Positions 51,358 to 64,000 of a stretch of DNA of 64,000 nt are shown here, piece by piece. The stretch's first letter is position 1, and every line of letters begins with the position of its first letter. A model generated the notes under the pieces. It ran no database searches, had not been told where the DNA came from, and worked only from the letters and a program-made list of their open reading frames with translations. Made by a program: the position numbers and the translations under genes. The stretch comes from Geosiphon pyriformis uo1 (Eukaryota; Fungi; Glomeromycota): assembly GCA_016748015.1 (NCBI GenBank), contig JAAOMT010000523.1:248001-312000 (forward strand). The letters are read 5' to 3'.

Positions 51358-52606
51358 ATGGCAAATTCGAAATTCGAATATGTCAAGTCATTTGAGAAGG
51401 ATGAATCATTGCTTCCCAATACTTGGCTGGTGGTTCGACTGGACGGACGCAGTTTTCACAAGTAAAGAACATTAGATACTTCAATTCGAATTATAACCTT
51501 GAATTCAAAAATGTAATAATTGCATATTACAGGTTTTCTATCGCACATCATTTCGAGAAACCAAATGACTCACGTGCCTTGCAACTGATGAATAAATGTG
51601 CTATGGCAGTTATGGATGAGGTTCATGACATTGTGATAGGATATGGGGAAAGTGATGAATTTAGGTAATGAGACAACAAATCTTTAACGAATGTTACGTG
51701 TTATTTTTTGTTTAAAGTGTAATTTTTTCATTGAAAAAGTCTCGTTTTGAAGAAAAATTCCAGTTTGTATAATCGACGGGAATCGTAAGTTCGGAGTGAT
51801 CAAACCATTAGGTTTTTATCTTTTTAATTTAAAAATTTTTATCATTTACCGCATTTTCCACCTCATAAAGAAAAATTCTCACTACGATTGTAAGCCTCTT
51901 TTCATCGAATTACGTATACCATTGGAAAAGTTATTTTCCCAATCAAGAACTGAAGTATCCGCCATCGTTTGATGGGAGAATTATTTTATATCCCGCTGAC
52001 CAAAATTTAAAAGATTATCTCAGTTGGAGACAAGCTGACTGTATATTTCATATTCATTTTCAATTCCTACTATAGAATTCATCTTAACCATTCTTATATA
52101 CTAGGCCATATCAACAATTTATATAACACATGTTTCTGGGCGTTGGTGCATTCGGGAAAGACGGAGCAAGAAGCCGAGAATACACTCAAGGTAAAACTTT
52201 CAAAGCTTGATCTTAATACATATGAGGATGGGAGCGTTGAAGACATTATCTTAATTGTGTTCTTTGAATCCTAATTTTTTTTTAAAAAAAAAAAAAAGGG
52301 AACAGTTTCGGCCGGTAAAAACGAGCTCCTTTTTTCACAATTTGGTATTAACTATAACGATTTGCCAAAAATGTACCGAAAAGGATCGATTTTAATTAGA
52401 AAAGAGGTATTTAAGGCTGTTTCTCGATTATTTGATAAAAAAATTCGTTGATTCCACTATATTTTCGATAGGTCGCAACAATAAAGACAAACACCGAGGG
52501 ACAAGAAATTATGCGACAGAAGAAGATTATCTCCATCATCCATGAAGATGTCATTAAAGAGAAATTTTGGAAAGATCATGCAGAATTGGAAGTCTTGTTG
52601 AGATGA
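51358..52606 (+). CDS. THG1: tRNA(His) guanylyltransferase (7 exons)
   Basis: [25 protein letters not shown]; [10 protein letters not shown]; YGESDEF; PPSFDGR; [21 protein letters not shown]; [14 protein letters not shown]. Confidence 0.96.
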
Positions 52607-52677
52607 GATTATTAAAATACGTTTGAATCAAAAGTAGAGACAAAATTTTACCATATACCAAAAGCGGTAGATTTTGC

Positions 52678-53589
52678 TTAGATAGGGTGGTCTCCTATCA
52701 TGGGATCCAGATCTTGATTCGATGTTTCTTGGGCTTTTGCAGCAGATTGTAACTCAATTTCAGATCTTTTTCTATTTTTTTCTTTCAACTTACTTGATTT
52801 TTCTTTTTCTTTATCTTTTCCCTTTTCTTTTTTCTTTTTACGTGAACTCTTAAGAACGATCGTCTGCATCTCTGGAGTAGCCACCACTTTGGCGGCCAAA
52901 ACAGTCTGATCAAAATTTTGTTCCCGTAGTTGAATTTTTGCCACTTGGGCTAGCTGTTGATCCTTGATTGATTTTAGCAATGCGACGCGACGTTTAAGTT
53001 GCTTTGAACGTGATAACATCAACAACATCGTGCTACGTATGTATTGTAATTTCACGGTGTATTCAGGGATCCGAGAAAACTTTGAGTGCGCGCATTTTTC
53101 CAGATTCAAGTGTGAGAGTGGATTTGTGTGAAAGGCCATATTTCCATTTTTAATATAAGTTAACGGAGACACTCCATCAAACTCACTGTCTGTGCAATAA
53201 ATTCATAACCGTCTTGATTCTCTATGGAACTGCCTGTAGTTTGAATTTCATCTAACAAACGGCACTGTTTTTCCCTAAGACGAATACTGTATGTTATTAA
53301 AGTCAAAAAAATTATATATATATCAAAAAGGAAAAAGGTAAACAACTGACTCAAAAGTCCTGAGCTCCTCCTCTACTTGTTTCAGAATAGGCGTCCATTG
53401 TTCTAAAAAACCTTCGGATAATAGAGGGATAGCTGCCTTGAAATCTTGGGCATCAAGATTTTTAGAATTTTCTATATTATTCAACTCGGAATCTAACAAG
53501 TCCAAAGGGGAAGACTCAATTTGGTTAGGAGGCGTGAGATTATTGGTTGGTGACTGTAGAAACGTTTCAGGAGAATTATCTTGTAACAT
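52678..53589 (-). CDS. Snapin/pallidin-family coiled-coil protein (BLOC-1 subunit 6-like) with a Lys-rich tail; 3 exons
   Basis: LSEGFLEQWTPILKQVEEEL..Q.RLLDEI..FSRIPEYTVKLQYIRSTMLLM..RSKQLKRRV resembles pallidin helices (by eye). Confidence 0.6.
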
Positions 53590-53748
53590 TGAGAGGAAAA
53601 GATATAAAGCTACCAGTTAAAAACAGTGTTCTATTCTGCTGTACTTTAATGCCTCTGCATATCTGATCTCAGATTATAAGATACATAAGTAACAAATACA
53701 CCAGTTAGCATCCTTAAGAATATCCCTTAATAAGTGGATTTTAAAATA

Positions 53749-54855
53749 ATGAATACTAATAAAGAAACTTATGCACGAGAAATATTGTCAAAAGATACTA
53801 AACCTGTTGCGCTCTTCTGGGCTAACAAATACAAAAATGAGGCTGCAAAGAACTGGTAAAATTAGTCAATTGCTGATGGTTAACGTCATCATTTTCATGA
53901 TAATTGATATTTTGGGTTTTTCCAAAGGGATCTATTCTACAAAAGAAATAAAACTAATTTTTTCAAGGATCGCCATTGGATTGGTCGGGAGTTCGAAGAA
54001 TTAAGTTATTCTAAACAATTGGGTAATTCCGAGGCTGACTCGAAAAATTCCGAAAGCCAGAAGGTGACAAATAATTCATTCCAGCTGTTGGTTGAGTGAT
54101 GGTTATTAATTCTATATTTTTTTGGGTCAAATAAAGACTTTACTGGAATTGGGCTGTGGCGTTGGGAATTTCTTGTTTCCAATGCTAGATGCCAATCCTT
54201 TACTTTTCATATATGGATGTGATTTTTCAAAACGAGCCATCGAGTTTGTACAGGTAGTTAAATTAGGACCTTGCAGAATACGTTAAATATTTTTCCTAAA
54301 ATCTTCAAAATTTTATTCTTTTTTAGAATCACGAAAAATACACGGAGTCTAGATGTCACGCATTTGTTGCCGATCTTACGAAAGACTCCTTAACACAGTT
54401 CATATATCCAGAGACTATTGATCTCATTTCCGCAATATTTGTCATATCCGCTATACCACCAGAAGAGCATTCAAAAATGTTAGAAAATATAAAGGAGGTA
54501 TGAGCTTAATATCCATTAGTTCACTTGACGGGTGATTATGTTTCGGTGACATCTGAACATTTATAATTAGGTGATGAAACCTGGGGCAATAGTTTGCTTT
54601 CGCGACTATGCAATTTATGATGAGGCGCAAATAAGGTTCTCAAAGGATGGAAATCACAAATTAGACGAAAATCTCTATGTGCGACAGGATGGAACCATGT
54701 CCTATTTTTTTTCAGTGGAATATTTGACGCGTCTCTTCGAAACACATGGGTTTAAGACGCTTCATGCTGAGTATGTGGAGAGGGAAACTACCAATAGAGC
54801 AAAAGAAATGACAGTGGATAGATTGTTCTTGCAAGCTAAATTTGCAAAACTTTAG
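53749..54855 (+). CDS. tRNA N3-methylcytidine methyltransferase, METTL6/METTL2/Abp140 family (5 exons)
   Basis: [28 protein letters not shown]; LELGCGVGN; GCDFSKRA; [11 protein letters not shown]; [12 protein letters not shown]. Confidence 0.92.
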
Positions 54856-54968
54856 GATGTGCGTTTAAAAAGATAAACTAACTTTTCGATTGAATCCACG
54901 CGTTAAGAAACCTTCACTCCTTTGAGAATTCCTCAAAATATTCCAGAATTCCATGGTTAACACCTACC

Positions 54969-55677
54969 TCAGCTACACTTTCTTTGCTGGAAAGATAACA
55001 ACGCTAACTCTTTCTCGACATCCGAAAAAACTTTGATATTTGATTCCAAGGAATCAATTAGAATTTCTAAACGATTTGTATCAAAGTTCTCTTTCTATGA
55101 AAGAAATAAAAGATAAATTATCTCCTTTTACATGGGATTTTATGTTAATAGAAAAATAATTACTTTACGAATTTTATCCAAGTCCTCGCCAAAGGCAGCT
55201 GTAAGTTGTTCCAAATAATAACTTTTGAAATTCTTGGCCGCTTCTGGCCTTTCTAATAATGGAATAGGTTCCGGATCTTCTTGATAATGTGCTTGAGGAG
55301 GTTTTATATTTGCAATTTCCAAATCTTCTGGTCCAGTTTCTGTCAAATTTTGATCCTCCTCTTCTGAGGGATAATTATCCTCATTTTGAATTGAATCGGT
55401 TTCATCCTGGTCATTTTCACTATTATCATTTTCGTCATGCTCCGCGAATAATTTGTTTTCTTTAGAAACCTCATCATCTTCGCCGGAATCTCTTGAGTCT
55501 AGAGAGTTTGGGCCATCTTCTTCCATTGGATCCATATTTTCAATTTCCTCCCAAGATCCGAAAGTTTCCTATTGATGATGATAAATGATAAATGATGACC
55601 AAATAAAAAGAAAAAAATCTAATCGAGATTAGGACCTTTTCATCTTCCATGAATTTGGGGAAATTTTTTTCTTCCAT
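54969..55677 (-). CDS. RSA3: Ribosome assembly protein 3-like (acidic N-terminus, Rsa3 domain); 3 exons
   Basis: FKSYYLEQLTAAFGEDLDKIRK|KENFDTNRLEILIDSLE..F. Confidence 0.75.
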
Positions 55678-57072
55678 TGAAAATAAAATTCCTGTGATGC
55701 TTGCAGAAAATGTGACTGGATAGTAGATTCCTATTTTAAAATGGGAAAAATGCTTTTGATTATGGGATTCTAGTAAGGGCTAGTAATAGATGTATAGTTT
55801 AAATAATTAATTGTTTACTTTGGTTAGAAATAGCTTTAAAAAACAATTTATTTTCGAATGCAAAGCAATTTAAATTCTTAAAAAACAGACCTACTGAAAA
55901 TTTTTGCCTATTAATAAAAATACTTATCGATCAAACGCATATCAAGTTTAAAATCGGGACAATAAATAACTAAATAAATAAATACACACACCTCCTTTTT
56001 TTTCTCCCATTTGTTTATCCGCACACTCTTTCCTTTTTCCCGAACTGACTTCCCAAAATTCAATGTAAAACTTAATTAATCATAAACATTTTATTGAATA
56101 ATATAAAAACTATTTTGTCATTTAATAAATATTATTGTTAAAATAATTTTTTTACAAAAAGTATAAATCTTATGTTTACAACCAGAGCAAATAAAAAGCA
56201 ACTATTATTTCTGCTATTATCACCAAAAACGCAACAACTAAAAATGTTTTTTTAATAATAAAACAATTAAACAACATATTTTAAAGAGCTTTAACTATTT
56301 TTTAACCAGTTTTTTTACCAAATTATGTTTTAAGATGTGTTTTTAATTAATTAATCAAAAATATTACTTATTTTACATTTTTTAACATAATTAAAAAGTT
56401 ATTATTAGTTGTTAAACTTTTTTTTACCAAATTTTATTTAATACTTTTTTAAAAATTAAATTAAATTATTTAAAAAGTGTGTTTTGGTTTTGTTAGCTTT
56501 AAATTTTAAAAACAATATTATTAAAATTAAGTTAAGTTATTTTTTTATCTTATTTTAAATAAATTTTTTTTTGCTATTTGTTCTATTTTATAAAATATTT
56601 TTTAAAACATTAAAATTTGTTAATTTATAAAAATATATTATTATTTATTTTATTATTTATTAATTATTTTGGTTATGTTATTTATAAAATTAATAAGATA
56701 TTAAACCAAATTTATAATTAAATTTGATTAATTTTTCAGTTTTTTTAAACTTTTATTGTTAATAAATATGTAATTATATAATAATTAAAACTTAAAAACT
56801 TTTAATAATAAATTATTAAACCTAATATTTTAAAAAAAATTAATTATTAATATTATTATAAATATTAAAATTTTTTTAATTTTAATAAAGCATAATATTA
56901 AACCAAATTAATTTAATTTAATTAATTAATTTTATTTTATATGTTTAAGTTATTAATTTATTATATTATTTGTAATTATTTTGTAAAATTTAATAAAAAT
57001 TTAAATTTTGATTTTAATATATATTAAAATTATAATAATACAAATATTTAAAAAAATTTATAAAATTATAAA

Positions 57073-60000
57073 AAAAACTCTTTGTCTCCTTAATTTTATG
57101 ACCATGATCAGAGCAAAAAGTAAAAAAGCTGCACCTAATATCTGTCTTGAGATATCTAATAAAATTTCAATCAGAAAAGCTCTCTTTGTTGTAGAAGCAA
57201 TGAGACAGAATGTTTTAGAAGCCTTTCCTTTATCCAGTAATCGTGATAAGCTGCCTTTGGTAGCCACTGAAACAACTTCTTCATTTTTAACTGGTTTCTC
57301 ACCAATTAAAATTTTCTTAAAGAGACACACTTGGGTTAGTCCCAGTGTTGTCTCCACCCCTACTAAGAGCCCAAAAGTGTTTAATAATAGACCAGTTAAC
57401 AAGCTAGTCTTCTTTTTCATAGCTTTTATATCTGGTGCTGCTAGCACCATCTCTTCAAAAAAAATAGTCAAAAAGACCAAAAGTTCAGAAAAGTGGGAGC
57501 AGTCGCTTGTCTCTGCTATTGTTACACCGAACTTCTTTGTGATTCCTAATGAAATCTTAGATGAGATCTCTGTAGTATTATCCAGCATGTCATCCAAGAT
57601 GTGCCAAGATCAACTACTGGCTGTGTTGCCAAATGTGGTGTCTTCTGGTAGATCTTCGCCAGTTTTAGAAGCAAAACAATCTCCTCCTATTAGGTTACCT
57701 GTTCTTGAGAACTGGGCTGATTAAATAGAAACTAAATCATCTTTTCCTCTAATTTCTGGTGCTACTTCTGGTGATGCTTGGGAAACTATTACTAGTTGTC
57801 AAAAGTTTGTTGGGTAAGTGGCCTCCACTCTGATGCTTGGTGCTACTTTTAAGATCAAATTGGCTTATGTTAAAGCTGTTTTTCAGTTTGTACATGGTTT
57901 CTTAGGTGCTAAATCTGTTTCAAAAGACAATATAAAGCTTTTCTGTATGGAGTTTGCTTCTCAACAGTCTTTGGAAGCTGCATTTCTGGTTGAGCTTACA
58001 AGCTCTGTTCATTTGACCACTCTCAAAATTGCCAAGTCTTTGGTGATTTCTGAATCTGATTCCTTTCCTGCCACTGTTGTGCTGCATGATGTACTTTTGA
58101 GTATGTCAGCTGCTGATATTAAGATGGCTCTTGGTGTATTTGGTGAAATTGTCTATGTTGTGCTGAAGTCTGCTGGTGTTTGGCAGTATGTGGTTGTTTA
58201 CTTTAAGGAATTGGATGCTGCTACTGCTGCTCTCAATTATTGGTCAATTCTGGTGGGCAAAAATAGTGTTAGGATTCTTCCAGTTATTAATTAGAATGAA
58301 GCCATTCTGTTTCATAATAGGTTTAAGACCAAGTTGGTCAATCTTTCTTCTGGCTGCACAGCTTTTGAAATTAGTAATATGATTTCTCGAGTTGATGGGC
58401 GAATGTGCTTCATCCCTCGGTTTTTTGATTCTGGTCATCACTCCTGGTTTGTCCTGATCACATTTGACTCTTAAGCTAATCTGGATCTTGCTGTTATGAG
58501 GACTGGTACACTAAGAAAGAGCCATATCTGGTGGGAAACTCCTGGTTGTCAGTACTGTTTTAGATATTAAGAAGTGGGTCATTTGGCTGTAGACTGTAAA
58601 GTTGCTCTGCCTCCTTTATTTAAGACTCCCAAGGTGTTTAAACCACATTTTGTTGGTTTTTTGTCTTATGCTAAGGCATCTGCTCCCTCTATTATGTCTG
58701 AATTTCCTTTTTTAGTGGCTTCCGCTGTTATTCATAGAAATATAGGGAATATATATTAGCATAGTTATTAGCCAATCAGAAGTAAACATAGTAAAATGTG
58801 GAATTCTAGGATTCCTTTCAGGAATTGCAGGATTTTAGGAATTACAGGATTCTTACAAAAAATTTCAGGATTCCTCTCAAAGGAATTGCAGGATTCCAGG
58901 AATCTCAGGATTTCTGTTGTAAAGAATTGAGGAATTGAAGAATTTCAATTAGGTATATATAGCAGTAGGATTAAAAGCTGAAAAGACAGACCTCTCAGTT
59001 TAGATTTTATCTAGACAACTTTCTAAACCACAAATAAATAACTGTTTGTTATCTCAAACCCACTGCTACTATCAACTCTTTATGTTGATAGTAATTGATA
59101 CTTAACCACACTGAAACAATAGCTCTTGATTACAGCTATTGATGGAATACTAACTTGTAAATTGCCTTGGCTTATTTTTTTTTTTTCTTTTTTTTCTTTT
59201 TTTTTCTTTATTTTTTGCTTTGATTTTATTGTTGTTTACTAATTCTATTGAGGATTAATGCATGAGGTACTAACATCAAAATAAACATAACTGGTAAAAA
59301 ACCCAGAAATAAGGGTAAAACACTCGATTGAAGATAGCTTACCAGGAGGAATACCAGCCATCAAACTGAAAAAAAAATTGACAAAACTGTGGTTTCGGGA
59401 AGCTACAAATAAAACTATTATCATTGAATCTCTGTTCATTATACAAAAAACTCAACCAAATCTTTCAGATACAAATCCTTCAGACACAAACCTTCAGATC
59501 ACTGTTAACTGCAACTAGATTTGAGCACCAAGTTATGAGTTTGTTACTTAATCCAACACCAGAAATAGTCACCTGTAATACTGCTCTTCCCGTGACTGTT
59601 GTTGATCCTGCTGTTGAGTCCAAATTGGATTCTTTGGAAAAGCAAATTTCAGATTTGGCTGCTTTAGTAAAGTCTATTGTTAAGTCTGTTGGCTCTTTGG
59701 TTGCCTTGGTATCTTGTCTCCTTAATGATAATGTTGTTAAAAATGTTCAATTAGAGAAAAATCTCTTTTCTATGAAATATGCTTCTAACAATTTTGCCAA
59801 TTTTTTGGTTGGTATGTCTAAGAACATTGCTTGTCTTAGATCTGAAGTTGACTTTAGTGGCATAGATTATGATAATATGCAGGCTGCCAAATCTTTTTTT
59901 TTGAGTGAGAACACTGTTGAGTGTGCTATAGCTTTGTAGCAGATGTCAGGTGCTAAGATTAGGGGTAGTATTGAATCTATTAGATTATTTCTTAGTGAGT

Positions 60001-60215
60001 TTATTTTTGATTCAAGGAATCTGAATGGTGTTATTGAAAAAATTCATGGATTGGAATTATTCTCACCTCCTATTGTTTCAGTATAGTATGTCCTTGATTG
60101 GTCCGAGTAACTAGTTACATGTAAAAAGTGCATGATTAACATCTAGTTTAGATTATTTCTTTGGTGTATAGTACTAGATTGTTTTTGGGCTGCACTCATT
60201 AAGCAAATAAAAAAA
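57073..60215 (+). mobile_element. ORF1-only non-autonomous non-LTR retroelement with poly(A) tail, interrupted by a solo LTR
   Basis: Single frame 57098-60086 (~709 codons after removing the LTR and TSD; several stops) with RRM-like segments, CFR(Y)xEVGHLAVDC knuckle and coiled coil; 3' UTR homologous to LINE-1; poly(A); candidate TSD AAAATTATAAA at 57062-57072 and 60216-60226. Confidence 0.85.
58726..59580 (+). mobile_element. Solo LTR, family B
   Basis: TGTTA..TGTAATA; TSD CCGC/CTGC; the host ORF frame (VASA|ALPV) is restored on removal. Confidence 0.9.
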
Positions 60216-60590
60216 AAAATTATAAACATTATTATAAAAATATTTTTCCAAATTATAGAAATGTTTAATGTTTAAGTATTAATAAATTTAAAATATGATT
60301 ATAAATTCTTTAAAAAATATTTGTAATGTTAAAATCAGTATTAATAAGTTTTTTTTAAAATAATAACTTTAATTATTCTGTTTTTTAAAACTTAATTGAA
60401 AATTATTTTAAAAGCTAATTAATTAATTTTTGTATTATATATATGTGTTTTTTTAAAAATTATTATTAATTTTAAATTTCTTAATACCATATTAAAAATA
60501 ATTTAAAAATACAAAAAAGTTGGTTGGTATTATTTAATTGGTAATTGGTAATTGCTTTTTGGTTGGTCTGTTTTTTTTGCTATATTTAAA

Positions 60591-60592
<2 letters not shown>

Positions 60593-60637
<45 letters not shown>
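60593..60637. repeat. (AAT)n microsatellite
   Basis: ~15 AAT units. Confidence 0.9.
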
Positions 60638-61061
60638 TAACAAAGATTTATTACTGATTTGTTATTAAAACTTTTAAACAACACTACAACTATTTCTAAT
60701 GTGTCTTTTAAATAAAACTTTAACTGAAAAAAAGACCAGCAAAAAGAAGTGCTTTATTAGCAACCAAAAATTGTATTATTTAAAAAAAATACAAATTTAA
60801 AACATTTTGTTTAACTGCCTTTACAACTGAAAAGGCTTTTTAGATTGTTGTTTTCACAAAAAGTCAAAGTTGCTTTTTTTAATGAAAATTAGAAAAAAAT
60901 TTCTATTATTAGTTATCATATTTTACACAATTAATTGTTTATTTCATTATTTATACATTTATTTTCTATTCCCGAGCGATCACATCTAGTCTGCGATCTG
61001 TGGTCATAGATCATTCAAAAAAATTTTAAAGACGCGTTTTTTCATATTCCGCATTTTTGTC

Positions 61062-64000
<2,939 letters not shown>

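Noticed and set aside
52275-52298. T9-A13 palindrome before a THG1 3' splice site
   Set aside because: Simple homopolymer slippage in an AT-rich intron
51358-54855. Functional tRNA-modification gene cluster (THG1 plus m3C methyltransferase)
   Set aside because: Two housekeeping genes separated by an unrelated gene; no evidence beyond proximity

Overview
AT-rich eukaryotic scaffold with short GT-AG introns and N gaps. It looks like an early-diverging fungus; Glomeromycotina (e.g. Geosiphon-like) is my inference from style only. 1-47.7 kb is a nested retrotransposon graveyard. It holds three RNase H-type LINE-family copies (one full length with 9-bp TSD and poly(A)) and two copies of a Ty3/Gypsy element (family A; TG..CA LTRs, PBS, PPT, 4-bp TSDs). 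It also holds related solo, deleted and inverted LTRs (families B/C) and a decayed ORF1-only retroelement. 48.3-55.7 kb is a compact island of host genes: STRAP-like WD40, THG1, pallidin/BLOC1S6-like, METTL6-like tRNA m3C methyltransferase and RSA3-like. A well-preserved ORF1-only poly(A) retroelement follows, then the 5' part of ADE5,7. Three observations stand out. (1) The Gypsy family has an unusual layout: one frame encoding Gag-PR-Cys-rich domain-dUTPase-RT-RNase H, then a stop, then a separately initiated integrase ORF, identical in both copies. (2) An ORF1-only ('HAL1-like') non-autonomous retroelement family shares a structured 3' UTR with the autonomous LINE. (3) An oversized, highly structured ADE5,7 intron has a cryptic poison-exon donor inside mutually exclusive helices, a riboswitch-like candidate. 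All calls were made by eye with no database searches.
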